A stretch of DNA of 64,000 nucleotides from Candidatus Binatia bacterium (GCA_029243485.1 JAQWRY010000088.1:299212-363211); one strand, 5' to 3'. Shown: positions 38,136 through 49,030, counted from the stretch's first letter. Notes: a model not told the origin generated them from the letters alone. A program made the numbers and translations.

Positions 38136-38756
38136 TTGGAACCCGAAATCGAGGAGGGCTCGATGCTACGTCGACAGATTCTTGGGCTACTGAGCCAGGG
38201 CCGCCAACATGGATACGCGCTCGCCAAGGAGCACCGCCATCGGACTTGGCTCGTTGGAGGGTCAGGGAACTTCTACCGGGAGCTGAAGCACCTCTGCAGC
38301 GTCGGGATGATCAGACTTGCGTCCACGGGGACCGCCGGCGATCCGCGCAAGGTCAGCTACGAGATCACCTCGAGCGGTAAGGCAGACTTCATGGGCTGGC
38401 TCACCGACGTCCCAGAGGTCTCACCCTGTCCGGAGTCGGAGCTCGCGACCCGCGCTCCTCTCTTTTTCCTCTTGCCGAGTGATACGGCGATCTCACTGCT
38501 CGATGATTGGAAGCGGTGTTTGTGGCGTGCGATCCGTCGACTCGAAGACGCGAACTTGGCCCCGGGATCGACTGGCATGCAGAGAGCGGTCTGCGACACT
38601 CTCGTTCAACGAAGGACCCGACATTTGAGCTTGGAACTCGAGTTCGTCGAGGAGCTCAAGGCAACCATCGCGGCGGAGCGAGAGGCTAAAGCGGAGGTCG
38701 AGGCCGTCGCGGAGGCGCCGGTCGCGAAGCGCGCGCTGACAAGGGCACGGTCCTGA
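38136..38756 (+). CDS. PadR-family transcriptional regulator
   Basis: PadR signature: ILGLLSQGRQHGYALAKE...GNFYRELKHLCSVGMIRL. It has a C-terminal coiled-coil, and the start may be the internal Met at 38163. Confidence 0.8.
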   Translation: MEPEIEEGSMLRRQILGLLSQGRQHGYALAKEHRHRTWLVGGSGNFYRELKHLCSVGMIRLASTGTAGDPRKVSYEITSSGKADFMGWLTDVPEVSPCPESELATRAPLFFLLPSDTAISLLDDWKRCLWRAIRRLEDANLAPGSTGMQRAVCDTLVQRRTRHLSLELEFVEELKATIAAEREAKAEVEAVAEAPVAKRALTRARS

Positions 38757-38781
38757 GCGGAAGCTCGGTGGGGCAATTGCC

Positions 38782-39516
38782 ATGAAGATCATCGCGGTGG
38801 ATCGGGCAACGAAGGAGTACGGTTTTGGCGCTGCAGCTACCCGCGCGCTCGACGACGTATCTCTCGATGTGGAGCCGGGAGAGTTCGTTGCGATCATGGG
38901 GCCGAGCGGGTGCGGGAAAAGCACGTTGCTCAATCTGATCGCGGCGTTCGACCGTCCGACCTCGGGATCGATCACGGTCGCGGGTCAGGATCTAGCGCGG
39001 CTTTCAGAGCACAGACTGAGTTTGCTGAGGGCGCAGCACATCGGATTTGTCGTGCAGAGTTTCAACCTTCTCCCGCGCCTGACCATCGAGGAGAACGTCT
39101 GGGCGCCACTCGGTGCCGTGGGCGTCAGTCTGCGCGAGTCACGCGAGCGGGCGCGAGGCCTCCTGGAACTCGTCGGTTTGTCCCAGAACCGCGCGGCCCG
39201 TTTCCCGTTGGAACTCTCAGGTGGCGAACAGCAGCGCGTAGCGATCGCGCGCGCCCTGGTAGGAGCCCCGGCGATCCTCCTGGCAGACGAGCCCACGGGC
39301 AACCTGGATTCGAGAAATGGGATTCGAGCCCTGAACCTCCTCCGAGATCTCAGCACCGACCGGAAGATGGCGGTCGTGCTCGTAACGCATGACTCGTTCG
39401 CAGCGACGTACGGCAATCGAACGGTGCTGATGCAGGACGGTCGTGTGGTGGAGGAGATCGGCCCAGGCGAAAAGCCGTCTGTTGGCTCCCTCGAATCGAT
39501 CGAGGGCGGCAGATGA
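38782..39516 (+). CDS. ABC transporter ATP-binding protein (MacB/LolD-like)
   Basis: Walker [13 protein letters not shown] signature [15 protein letters not shown], Walker [12 protein letters not shown]. Confidence 0.9.
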   Translation: MKIIAVDRATKEYGFGAAATRALDDVSLDVEPGEFVAIMGPSGCGKSTLLNLIAAFDRPTSGSITVAGQDLARLSEHRLSLLRAQHIGFVVQSFNLLPRLTIEENVWAPLGAVGVSLRESRERARGLLELVGLSQNRAARFPLELSGGEQQRVAIARALVGAPAILLADEPTGNLDSRNGIRALNLLRDLSTDRKMAVVLVTHDSFAATYGNRTVLMQDGRVVEEIGPGEKPSVGSLESIEGGR

Positions 39517-42077
39517 TTCAGCTCCAGCTGGCGCGGATGCAGCTTCGGGGCCAGTACGGGCAGCTGGCGCTCGCGATCGGTGTCATCGCGTTGGGCGTCG
39601 CACTCGCGACCGGCGTTCTGCTGGCCAACGACGCTCTGCGGTCCAGCTTCGAAGACTCACTCGGCGCGCTCAGTGGCCGCGCCGACCTCGAGGTTTTCGC
39701 CGCGGGCGGGGGAACACTCGATGAGCGCGTCTTGGAGGAAGTCCTCCAACGCCCAGAGACCGCCGCCGCCGCACCTTTGCTGATGGGCGCAGCGACCGTG
39801 GTGGGCGGGCTCGAGGTCAAAGTCGCGGTGGTCGGCATTGATATGCTGTCCGATGCGAACATTCGCATCTACGACGCGGACCCGGCGCAGAACTCGGGGA
39901 TCGAAGACCCACTGGTCTTCCTCAACCAGCAGGATTCAGTGATCGTCCCTGAGGCGCTCGCCAGGGAACTTGGCCTCGAGCGCGGCAGCCGCATCGAGCT
40001 GCAGACGTCTACGGGCAGACCAACCCTCACAGTGCGAGGAATCCTGCTCGGCAGCGGAGTAGGACTAGCCCATGGCGGGCGAACGGTGATCATGGACCTA
40101 TACGCTGCCCAGGAAGCTCTCGGGCTTCCTGGGAGGGTTAGCCGGGTTGATGTGGTTTTGGCTGAAGGAGTTGATGGGCGCGAGCTGGCCGGCCGACTGG
40201 AGGACGTGTTCCCGGCCCACGTGGCGGTAGAGCTTACAGCCGCGCTTCAGGAACGGAGAAGGAGTCTCGTAGCCGGATTCCAGACGATGCTCGATATAAT
40301 CTCTTTGCTGGGATTGGTGCTTGCGGGGCTGATCACCGCGAATCGAGTCGCGACTGTATATCAGGAACGCTTGTGGGAGATCGGCGTGTTGCGTGGGCTG
40401 GGTTGGCCCCCGCGAGTCCTACTCCGTTCGCTGCTCATAGAAGCGGCGCTGTTCAGCTGCATCGGTGCCGCCGTTGGGGGCCTTCTGGGGATCGCCTTCG
40501 CAGTGTTCATGGTTTCTCCCATTGCGGACGCGATGACGCTCAATTTCCAGCAGACGGTCGCTACGCCCGCCATCGCTGTTGCACCGGGCCCAATCCTCCT
40601 GGCTGGTTCTGCCGGGGTGATCAGCGGGGTCGTGGGAGCGGTGATGCCGGCGCTTGGTGTTGCGCGGCTTCCCATCTCGGTGGTGATGTCCAGGAAGAGA
40701 CGCCGAGAGTCGAGGCCCGACAGGGTTCTGGTTCGGGCTACACGAGTTGCTGCCGCCCTGGCTGCGGTCGCGCTCCTTGCCCTCCACTATCTAGCTGGCC
40801 CAGGGCCCGCTTTGGGTGTTGGAATCATCGCGGCTCTGATCGTTGCGAGTTGCCTCCTCCTCCAGCCGCTGCTGGTTGCGCTTGGAGGGGCCTTCGGACT
40901 GGTTTTCGGGGGGGCTTCTCAAATCGGCGCCAAGGACCAGGGGAGGGCTCCGACCCGCGCCGTGGGTGCCGCTTTGGTCCTTATGGCGGGTATCGCTGTC
41001 GTAGTGTGGATCGGGTTCATGGCGGAGAGCTTCCAGCACTATGTCGTCGACACGCTAACTCACGGCCGTGTGGGCGCAGACTTGATCGTGGATGGCTCAG
41101 TTGATGGGTTCTCGAAGGGGCCTATTGAGCCGAAGCTCGCTGACACCGCCTTGCAGGAGCTGCTGGATGTTCCAGGTGTTGAGGCGGTTGGTGCTTCGCT
41201 CAACGCGGTTTCCCGCCACCCCGAGACGGGAATCTTGGCAGTTGACGAGCCGAGGCTTCGCAATACGGGGTTTGGCGATTGGGATCTCGAGCCGGGGGCG
41301 GAGGCGGGCGCGCTGAACTCGGTGGCGCAGGGTCGCGGTGTTCTTGTGAATCGGCAGCTGGTAATCAATCGCGGCCTCCGCGTAGGAGATACAATTCGCC
41401 TGATGACTCCGACGGGACCACTTGAATTGCCCGTCGTCGGAGTAGGCGGGAGTTCGATCATCTCCCAGGGAGGTGACGTCGTGATGAGCTTGACGACGTA
41501 CAGACGGTATTGGAACGATCCGTCTTTTCACCAGGCACTTCTGCTTCTGTCCCCCGGAGCGTCCGGCGTTGACGTTCGTCGAGCAGTCCTCCACCATCTC
41601 GGCGATCGGTACCGGCTTCGGGTCATTGATCAGGATGGGCTGGCGGAATGGATTCGTGATTCTGTTCGTCAGGGCTTCCGCTTTACCGACGCTCTCGTGT
41701 TCCTGACCCTCGCAGTCGTGCTGATCGGGACGGGAGATGCGTTGGCTGCAGACGTACTTGAGCGGACAAGGGAGATCGGCGCTATGCGCGCGTTTGGCTA
41801 CACGCCATCGGCCCTTTCGGGGATGGTCATCGTCCAAGCTCTGTCGATCGGGGTAGCGGGATCCGCGCTGGGGATTATCGTCGGAATAGGGATTAGCATC
41901 GCATTCGTCGAGGGGCTGTTGCCAAGCATCCTTGGTTGGCAGCTGAGGCTGTATCCTGCCTACTTCACTCCAGCCGGCGGCTTGGCGCTGGGCATCGTGG
42001 CTTGCCTGATTGGGGCTCTCCCCCCGGCGGTGCGCACGGCGAGGCTGTCGCCGGCGCAGGCGCTCCGGTACGAGTGA
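39513..42077 (+). CDS. ABC transporter permease with two FtsX-like halves (YbbP/MacB-like)
   Basis: The product is 854 aa, and the gene overlaps the ATPase stop. It has an N-terminal TM helix and periplasmic domain, then a 4-TM FtsX-like bundle, repeated twice. Confidence 0.85.
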   Translation: MIQLQLARMQLRGQYGQLALAIGVIALGVALATGVLLANDALRSSFEDSLGALSGRADLEVFAAGGGTLDERVLEEVLQRPETAAAAPLLMGAATVVGGLEVKVAVVGIDMLSDANIRIYDADPAQNSGIEDPLVFLNQQDSVIVPEALARELGLERGSRIELQTSTGRPTLTVRGILLGSGVGLAHGGRTVIMDLYAAQEALGLPGRVSRVDVVLAEGVDGRELAGRLEDVFPAHVAVELTAALQERRRSLVAGFQTMLDIISLLGLVLAGLITANRVATVYQERLWEIGVLRGLGWPPRVLLRSLLIEAALFSCIGAAVGGLLGIAFAVFMVSPIADAMTLNFQQTVATPAIAVAPGPILLAGSAGVISGVVGAVMPALGVARLPISVVMSRKRRRESRPDRVLVRATRVAAALAAVALLALHYLAGPGPALGVGIIAALIVASCLLLQPLLVALGGAFGLVFGGASQIGAKDQGRAPTRAVGAALVLMAGIAVVVWIGFMAESFQHYVVDTLTHGRVGADLIVDGSVDGFSKGPIEPKLADTALQELLDVPGVEAVGASLNAVSRHPETGILAVDEPRLRNTGFGDWDLEPGAEAGALNSVAQGRGVLVNRQLVINRGLRVGDTIRLMTPTGPLELPVVGVGGSSIISQGGDVVMSLTTYRRYWNDPSFHQALLLLSPGASGVDVRRAVLHHLGDRYRLRVIDQDGLAEWIRDSVRQGFRFTDALVFLTLAVVLIGTGDALAADVLERTREIGAMRAFGYTPSALSGMVIVQALSIGVAGSALGIIVGIGISIAFVEGLLPSILGWQLRLYPAYFTPAGGLALGIVACLIGALPPAVRTARLSPAQALRYE

Positions 42078-42105
42078 GGCAAAAGTGAAGGCGGACAGTT
42101 CCCCG

Positions 42106-43575
42106 ATGCGTCTGTCTCTGTCCTCGGTGGTTTCCCGAGTGTCCTCTGGCCTTACGGGTCGCGATCAGGCTTCCGGCTGTGGGGCGTCGTTCGCTTCAGT
42201 TGCCTCCCCGAGTTCCTTCAAGTGCGCCGATACGGACCAGCCAGATCTTTCGCTTCGCCTAAGGGACTTTGGGACGAGGCGTCCCCCCCGCCTCCCCGCA
42301 TCTCCAGTCCTCGGAAGCCTACGCGACTTCCAATCGCGCCCGATCGAACTCTTCACGCGCGCCTACCGGGCCTTGGGGCCCGTGTTCCGCATTCGCCTTG
42401 GCCCCAAGCGCTTCGTCGTTCTTGCGGGAGCCGAGTCGAATCGGCTGGTGACTACGCGGGAGCAGGAGTTCCTCAGCTCGGAGGGCATGTACGATGCGAT
42501 CGCGAAGAGGGTGGGAGACGATCCCGCGAGCCTTCTTACGAATGTCGACGGGGAGCGTCATCGGAAGCTGCGTTCGGACGTTCAGCCGGGGTTCACGCGA
42601 AGCGCGTTTGAAGAGCAGCTTGAGAGCGCAGTCGACGTCGTCGAGCGCTACTTTGAAGGCTTCGCCCCGGGTGAGTCGCAGAACGCGACCGATCTCTGCA
42701 AGCGTCTGCTCGTCGCACAGATGGGCGAGGTTTGTCTGGGGGTTCAGCCGGACGGCTACTTTGACGACGTCGACACCGTCACCGATGGTCTCGTTCGGAC
42801 GGTGACCAAGCCGTGGGAGAACTACCTTCCCACGCCACGCCGGTTCCGCCGTTCGCTGGTGCGACTGAGTGGGCTCTGGGATCTGGTGTCGGCCTCTCCC
42901 TCTGCTGGGAGCCGTCGGTGGTCGCAGATCAGTCGCCGGCTCGCCGACGAATATGCGAAGACTCGTAGCGGTGCGGCCTTGCTAGTCGTCATGCCTCTCG
43001 TGAGCGGGCTCGACACGCTTGGGTCGAGTCTTTCGTTCATGCTGTACGCGCTTGCGAGCAACGCCGATGCGCAGGAGCAGATCGCTGCTGAAGTTCGCGA
43101 GGCCGTCGGCAGCGGGCCGCTCACGCGAGAAGTGTTTCGCCAGATGCCCCTCCTGCGAGCCGCGATGCTCGAGAGCTTTCGGTTGTATCCGGCTGTTCCG
43201 GGAGTCATGCGTTACGCACCCGCGGCTGTTGAGGTCGGCGGCTTTCAGATCCGAAAGAACGAGAAGGTCTTTCTGCCGTTCGTGCTTCCGCACCACCTCG
43301 AGGAGTTCTATCCAGAGCCCGAGAAGTTCCGTCTCGAGCGTTTTCTCGAGCATGGAGCCGCTACGGCGGCGCCGGGAGCTTTCGCGCCGTTCGGCGTCGG
43401 CGCTCATGCCTGCGTCGGGTCCGGGATCTCGGAGGCGTGCTTTCTGACGACCATCGCCGTTTTCCTCCGGCGATATCGCATTGACCTCGACCCGCCCGGT
43501 TATGTGCTCGATGTGCGCTGGAAACCGAGCGCGGTTCCCGAGGGGCTCCGCATCCGGATGCACGTGCGGGACTAG
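42106..43575 (+). CDS. Cytochrome P450 monooxygenase
   Basis: The heme-binding loop FAPFGVGAHACVGSG (FxxGxHxCxG) and the ExxR motif ESFRLYP are present. The start is taken at the ATG at 42106, because the longer ORF overlaps the permease. Confidence 0.85.
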   Translation: MRLSLSSVVSRVSSGLTGRDQASGCGASFASVASPSSFKCADTDQPDLSLRLRDFGTRRPPRLPASPVLGSLRDFQSRPIELFTRAYRALGPVFRIRLGPKRFVVLAGAESNRLVTTREQEFLSSEGMYDAIAKRVGDDPASLLTNVDGERHRKLRSDVQPGFTRSAFEEQLESAVDVVERYFEGFAPGESQNATDLCKRLLVAQMGEVCLGVQPDGYFDDVDTVTDGLVRTVTKPWENYLPTPRRFRRSLVRLSGLWDLVSASPSAGSRRWSQISRRLADEYAKTRSGAALLVVMPLVSGLDTLGSSLSFMLYALASNADAQEQIAAEVREAVGSGPLTREVFRQMPLLRAAMLESFRLYPAVPGVMRYAPAAVEVGGFQIRKNEKVFLPFVLPHHLEEFYPEPEKFRLERFLEHGAATAAPGAFAPFGVGAHACVGSGISEACFLTTIAVFLRRYRIDLDPPGYVLDVRWKPSAVPEGLRIRMHVRD

Positions 43576-43670
43576 CGGCTGCGTACTGAGGCTCGGCGAG
43601 CACGGCCACTCGGTCGAGGTCCGGAGACCGCGGTGGGTCTTGTTGTCGGCGATGCAGGGCGGTGTGTCAG

Positions 43671-44021
43671 CTAGGGCAGCCTCGCCAGCGCGGACACCGC
43701 GGCGGTGCTGGCCAGCATTCTCACAGTAATGCGGCGTTCGAGGTCGGCGAGCCGTACGTCGAGGCGACCCTCGACCCTCCATCCCAACTCATGCATGAAC
43801 CGGTGATGCCGTCTGCAGAGCGACACGAGATTCGTGAGCGACGTCGGTCCGCCCTGATCCGCGGTCGCTCGTCGCTCGCCTTCGAGACGCTCGGACAAGC
43901 CCTCCGACGTTTCCGCGGAAACGTCTCCGGCAGACTTCGCGGCCGCCGCTCGTGCGACTTCGAGCGCCTTCATCACGATCGCCGCTTCTTCTGGCTGGAC
44001 CTGCGCCACGATTCGCACCAT
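43671..44021 (-). pseudogene. HNH endonuclease C-terminal fragment (DUF222/HNH-type remnant)
   Basis: ...DQGGPTSLTNLVSLCRRHHRFMHELGW... matches the C-terminal HNH box of 13E12-repeat/DUF222 nucleases. Only ~116 aa are present, and the frame closes upstream. Confidence 0.5.
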
Positions 44022-44339
44022 CCCGGACGGTGTTTCGCGCTTCTGGACGTACCCGAACTCCGGGTCGTCGACGGGGATCAGGCCCTCGTAGCGCAGGACC
44101 CGTTTGTACTTCGCGCGCGTCTTCTCGAGTTGCGCGCCAGTGCACGACTCCGCCCACTCCAGCAGCGTCGCCTCGTTGTGGGTGCCGGCGCATCGCGTGA
44201 GGGTGCGGACCGTGCAGTGGCTGAGCTTGCCGACGCGTAGTGCCTCGTCGATCTTGGGAAGGTCGGCCAGCGCTTTGGCGACGCGAACATACTCGTGCGC
44301 GGCGCCCGGGCCGAGGCCGGTGCGCCGTTCGCCTGCCGT

Positions 44340-45557
44340 CTACCCAGCGGTGGACGCCTCGTCTCCCACCACAGGGGGCGCGATGCGGCCGAGGAGTAGA
44401 TACCCCGGAGCCGCGATCACGAGCAGCGCCGCGGCGACCAGCCAGGCGCTCGAGAATCCGGAGCTTCGGGCGAGGAGGCCGAGAGCGACCAGCCCGATCG
44501 CCGCGCCGAGCGTGAACGACATCGTGGCGACCGAGAGCACGGTGGCGCGTCGGCTCGATTCGATGTGCTCGTTCAGCCACGCCTGGTAGGCTGGGCGTCC
44601 GGCGCCGCCCATCAGCTCTCCGATGAGAAGGCCCAGGAGGACTGGGTAGAACTGGGTAGCGAGCGCGGCGGCCGCGAATACGAGGCCGCGCACGAGTGTC
44701 GTGCCGAAGAGAAGGTACTCGCGGCCGGTGTGGCGCAGGAGTCGGGTCGTGAGTGCGGCGCCGGTGAAGGCCGCGGCGTTCAAGAGCGCGGTGGCGGCTC
44801 CGAGCACCCAGTAGCCCTGGTCACTCAGAAGTTCGAGGCGGGGCGGCCACGTGAGGTTGACCGGTAGGAGCGCGGCGGCGGTGAAGGCGGAGATCAGACA
44901 CAGTATGCCGACGGTCCGCGAAGCGCGCGCGGCCGCGACGCCGTCTCGCATCTGCGCCACGAGTGGCTGGAAGATGGGGGCGGAGCGCGTCCGCTTGGGG
45001 CGGCGCGGCTCCTTCATGGCCACGAGCGCGTAGAGCCCGGTGAGTGAGAAGCCCACGGTGGCGACGTACCACGGGAGAAGCAGGTCGATGTCGGCGAGAA
45101 GCCCGCCCGCGATTCCGCCTACGATCATCACGCCCCGAATGATCATCTCCACACGCGCGAAGAGCCGATCGGTGGGCCGGTGGTCGCCTTCTTCCCGGAT
45201 CCCGTCGATGGCCCATGCTTCGAGAGCACCGCTCGCGAGCGTGTAGCCGATGGCGTCGATGACTTCGGCGATCAGGCAATCCGTGAAGCTGTCGGCAAAG
45301 GTGTAGAGGAGGAACGCGCCGCTGCGGACGAAGCACGAGAGGATGAACGAGAACCGTCGCCCGAAGACATCCGCGACAGCGCCGGTCGGCACTTCGAAGA
45401 TCGCGGTCGCCAGGAAGTACGTCGCAAGCACGACGTTCATCTGGAAGAGATCGAGTCCCTTGCTGAGAAGGAAGATCGGATAGACCGGGGTCATGAACCA
45501 GCCCCAGGTCTGGAAGCTCCCCTCGAGGATGTAGAAAGTGCGTTCGGTGCGGGTCAT
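44340..45557 (-). CDS. MFS transporter
   Basis: The product is 405 aa with 12 predicted TM helices and MFS motif A-like GAVADVFGRR between TM2 and TM3. Confidence 0.85.
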   Translation of the reverse strand: MTRTERTFYILEGSFQTWGWFMTPVYPIFLLSKGLDLFQMNVVLATYFLATAIFEVPTGAVADVFGRRFSFILSCFVRSGAFLLYTFADSFTDCLIAEVIDAIGYTLASGALEAWAIDGIREEGDHRPTDRLFARVEMIIRGVMIVGGIAGGLLADIDLLLPWYVATVGFSLTGLYALVAMKEPRRPKRTRSAPIFQPLVAQMRDGVAAARASRTVGILCLISAFTAAALLPVNLTWPPRLELLSDQGYWVLGAATALLNAAAFTGAALTTRLLRHTGREYLLFGTTLVRGLVFAAAALATQFYPVLLGLLIGELMGGAGRPAYQAWLNEHIESSRRATVLSVATMSFTLGAAIGLVALGLLARSSGFSSAWLVAAALLVIAAPGYLLLGRIAPPVVGDEASTAG

Positions 45558-45634
45558 GATGGGGGTCGGCGACTCTAAGCCGGCAGAGGCGGTGTGTCAC
45601 CGGGGCCGTGCCCACGAACGTGGAAGAACGCGGG

Positions 45635-46180
45635 TCAGCTCCGCCCGAGGATGTGGTTGGCGGCTGCACGAAGATCCGCGACGACGGCGCTCACGGGTGT
45701 ATCCCCGAGTTGGGCGTGCTCCTCCTCGCCGTGCCCGGTGAGGACGAGGATCCCGCTCGCCCCGGCATTCGCTGCGAGTGTGACGTCCTTTACGTGGTCG
45801 CCGATCATCCAGGACTCGGCGAGATTCGCGCCGAGCTCGTCGCGGGCGTTGAACAAAGAGCTCGGGTTCGGCTTGCGGCACGTGCAGCTTTCGGACGGGG
45901 CGTGCGGGCACATGTAGGTCTTTTCGATCGTGATGTCGGCGGCGGCGAGATCGTCGAGTAGACGCCCGTGGAACTCTTCGTAGTTCTCGAGCTTGAAGAT
46001 GCCGCGGCCGAGGCCGCTCTGGTTCGTGACGATCGCGAACCTATAGCCGGCATCGCGCAGATCGTGTAGGGCATCGATGACACCGGGGAGGAGGGCGTAG
46101 TCCTCCAGCCGGTGGCCGTAGCCCACCTCTTGGATCAGGGTGCCGTCGCGGTCGACGAAGACGAATCGGTACGTGTTCAT
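45635..46180 (-). CDS. HAD-superfamily D,D-heptose 1,7-bisphosphate phosphatase-like (GmhB/histidinol-phosphatase family)
   Basis: HAD motif I FVDRDGTL is present, together with the Zn-binding CxC of GmhB-type enzymes (SCTCRKPNP) and motif III GD. Confidence 0.8.
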   Translation of the reverse strand: MNTYRFVFVDRDGTLIQEVGYGHRLEDYALLPGVIDALHDLRDAGYRFAIVTNQSGLGRGIFKLENYEEFHGRLLDDLAAADITIEKTYMCPHAPSESCTCRKPNPSSLFNARDELGANLAESWMIGDHVKDVTLAANAGASGILVLTGHGEEEHAQLGDTPVSAVVADLRAAANHILGRS

Positions 46181-46246
46181 GCGGCACCGAACATGCGTCG
46201 AGACTCCGCCGGTTGCAAACCGACCCGGGCACCGCGATGAACCGAG

Positions 46247-46841
46247 GGTGCCTGTTCTCCGTGCCGTCACCGTTTACGCTGCCTCGTCTACCCACGCGCC
46301 CGAGCGCTTGCTCGAAGTAGCGCGATCGCTCGGGTGGGGTCTCGCCGAGCGTGGTTGGACGGTGGTGTACGGCGGCGCGAAGATCGGCCTCATGGGCGCA
46401 CTCGCCGACGCAGCGCTGGCGGCCGGGGGGCGCGTCGAAGGCGTGATCCTCGATACGTTTGCGCGGGTGGCGCACGCCGGCCTGCACGAACTCGAGACGG
46501 TGACCGACATGCGCAGCCGAAAGGCGGGGCTCGCGCATCGCGCCGACGCCTATGTCGTGTTGCCTGGAGGATTCGGCACGCTCGAGGAACTCTCGGAGAT
46601 TCTCGTCGAGCGTCAGCTTGGAATGCACCAGCGTCCGCTGATCCTGGTGGACGAACAGGGGTTTTGGGCCCCCCTCGTCTCCCAGATTGATCGCATGGTC
46701 GAGTTGGACCTGGTGAAGGCGGAGTATCGCGACCTTTTGACGGTCGTTCCTGACGTTCGCGCCGCGCTCGATCGCCTCGATGTGCACGCGGCGGCGCCGG
46801 CTTCCGCGGCCGGGCCGGACGCCGGTAAGATCGAGGATTGA
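46247..46841 (+). CDS. LOG-family protein (cytokinin riboside 5'-monophosphate phosphoribohydrolase-like, TIGR00730-type)
   Basis: It carries the VYGGA...GLMGA motif and PGGFGTLEEL (the LOG PGGxGTxxE signature). No in-frame ATG was found; the start is provisionally a GTG near 46247, and the annotated longer ORF begins at 46140. Confidence 0.75.
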
Positions 46842-47081
46842 CGGTCTCCGATCTTCCGTCCGTTGGGCCCGTTCGGCCGATCACCGGAGCCGTTGTCGAA
46901 TCGGTTCTTGACGGCCCGGGCCGGATCGGAATAGCCAACGGGCATGTGCACGCCGAAGCGCAAAGATGATCCGGATCTCGAACCCCGTTTGCCGATCCCC
47001 CAGCAGATCATCTCCAACGGCGAGTACCTGCCAGTGCCGCAGGCGGATCCGCAGCGTCGCGTCGAGGCCCTCACGAACGAA

Positions 47082-48017
47082 ATGGTGGACGAGCGAGCGA
47101 AGAATCTCGGCCTGTCGCGGCGCAACTTCCTTCGGACGGCCGCTGGTACCGCCACCGTGCTGTTCGCAATGAACCAGGTCGACGGCTGCGGCGATTCGTC
47201 GACGCCGGCTTCGAGTAATGGCGGCGATGTGATCTTCAACGTCTGCGAAGAAGATACGCGTGACCTTGAACAGGCGAAGGCCGTGTCCGATGCAGACTTC
47301 TTCGTGATGGACGTCCAGACGCACCATGTTGAACTCGGAGGCAATTGGAACCCGGTGCTGAAGAACGCGATCGCGGCCTTGCGGTTCACGGATTTCGGCG
47401 ACTGCGGACGCGGCAACGTCGATTGCATCCTCAACACGAAGATCAATCAGGACAACTACATCAAGGAGATGTTCCTCGACTCCGAGACTGCCGTCGGTGT
47501 GATGAGCGGCATCCCCACGGGCGCACTCGAGATCCTGCCGAACACGACGATGGCGAACGGGTCGCAACGGATGATCGCCCAAATGCTTTGCGAGCCGACG
47601 CTCGCGCAGGGCACCCCGGGCCGAACGACGATCCACGACATCCAGCAGAACGTCGAGGAGCTCGGGTCGGCCGGACTCAAGTGCTACCCCGGCGGCGACA
47701 TCTGGTGGCTCGACGACGAATAGGTCGCGTACCCAATGTACCAGAAAGCCGTCGACGCGGGTCTCTCGTTCATCTCGATCCACAAGGGCTTCCCGCTGCA
47801 GTTCGGTCCGCAGTCGCCGGTGCGCGTGCAGTCGATTGACATCCCGAAATTCGCTGCACCGCGCGAGAGCGATCCGCTGACGCAGGCACGGGCCGAACTT
47901 CTCGACCACGGTCCGGTAGCGGTGGTAAAGACGCACGGGCCGCGCACCCGACGCGAGTTCATGCGTCTCACTCTGCTAGACGAGAAGGTCGAGAAGTGGA
48001 GGCGCGGAATCGGCTGA
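47082..48017 (+). pseudogene. Tat-secreted amidohydrolase-2-like gene interrupted by an in-frame TAG at 47721-47723
   Basis: A twin-arginine signal is present (LGLSRRNFLRTAAGTATVLFAM). The FFVMDVQTHHVE metal-binding motif lies in the 5' part. The 3' part (47736-48017) continues in the same frame after the TAG with amidohydrolase-like sequence. Confidence 0.6.
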
Positions 48018-48055
48018 GCGCGGTCGCCGCGGCTTGGTGGATCAGCGCTCAGCGC

Positions 48056-49030
48056 TCAGCGCTTGGTGCCGCGCGTCGGGCGCTTGAGGGCGCGCGTTTT
48101 TGGAACGGATCGGAGTGCCGGGCGCGCCGTCTTGGCGTGGGCGAGAGACGTCTTCTCACGCTTACGGTGTTCTTCGAGACCGAGCAGGTCGTTGAATTTC
48201 TCGAACGGGTAGAGCTGCTTCATGATCGAGCCCGTGTTGCCGCGGTGGATGAGCGTGGAGTACACGTCGCCGATCGCCTTGGCCTGCGCGAGAATCGCGG
48301 CGACCGGAAAGACGATGAGGTCGAACCCGCGTTGGTGAAGTTCGGCCGGCCCCAGCAGCGGGGTCTTTCCCCACTCGACCATGTTCGCGACCTTCGGTCC
48401 GGGGATGCCCATCGCGATCGCGTCGAGTTCGGCGACGGATTGCGGTGCTTCGACGAAGACGGCATCCACGCCGACATCGAGAGCGGCGCGCCCGCGGCGG
48501 ATCGCCTCTTCGAGTCCGAGTGGGGCGCGCGCGTCGGTGCGTGCGACGACGAAGAGATCGGTTTTCGGTCGCAGTTCGACGACGGCGCGTAGCTTCGCGA
48601 GCCAGTCGGCGCGATCGACGACGGCTTTTCCGACCATGTGCCCGCAGCGTTTCGGCCAGACCTGATCTTCGAGGAAGATGCCGGCCGCTCCGGCCTGGGC
48701 GTAGAGTTCCGCAGTGCGCACGGCGTTCGGGATCCCGCCGTAGCCCGTGTCGGCGTCCACGAGGACGGGCATGGAGACGAGCCGGCAAAGGCGTCGAGCT
48801 GCGTCGGCCATCTCGGCTTGAGTGAGCAGCCCGATGTCGGGCTCGCCCAGAAGGGAGGCAGCGACGGCGTAGCCACCCATGAAGGCCAGCGGGAATCCGG
48901 CCTTCTCCGCCAGGCGCGCCGAGACGCCGTCGTGGAGTCCGCCCATGACGATGGGCTCTCCGCGCTTCACGAGCGCGCGCACGGCCGCGGCCGGGGGCCG
49001 CGGCGCGGTGGCTGAGGTGTTCTTCGCCAT
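48056..49030 (-). CDS. Isocitrate lyase/PEP mutase family protein (methylisocitrate lyase or carboxy-PEP mutase-like)
   Basis: Conserved ICL/PEPM blocks are present (PIVMGGLHDGVSARLAEKAGF, VLVDADTGYGG, IFLEDQVWPKRCGHM, RTDA). The gene ends in an unusual 35-aa Lys/Arg-rich C-terminal tail. Confidence 0.85.
   Translation of the reverse strand: MAKNTSATAPRPPAAAVRALVKRGEPIVMGGLHDGVSARLAEKAGFPLAFMGGYAVAASLLGEPDIGLLTQAEMADAARRLCRLVSMPVLVDADTGYGGIPNAVRTAELYAQAGAAGIFLEDQVWPKRCGHMVGKAVVDRADWLAKLRAVVELRPKTDLFVVARTDARAPLGLEEAIRRGRAALDVGVDAVFVEAPQSVAELDAIAMGIPGPKVANMVEWGKTPLLGPAELHQRGFDLIVFPVAAILAQAKAIGDVYSTLIHRGNTGSIMKQLYPFEKFNDLLGLEEHRKREKTSLAHAKTARPALRSVPKTRALKRPTRGTKR

Noticed and set aside
43789-44580. 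263-aa Arg-rich - strand ORF upstream of the HNH fragment
   Set aside because: The composition is ~30% Arg with no motifs. It overlaps the MFS gene's 3' end in another frame, and is more likely a GC-driven open frame than the missing N-terminus of the HNH protein.
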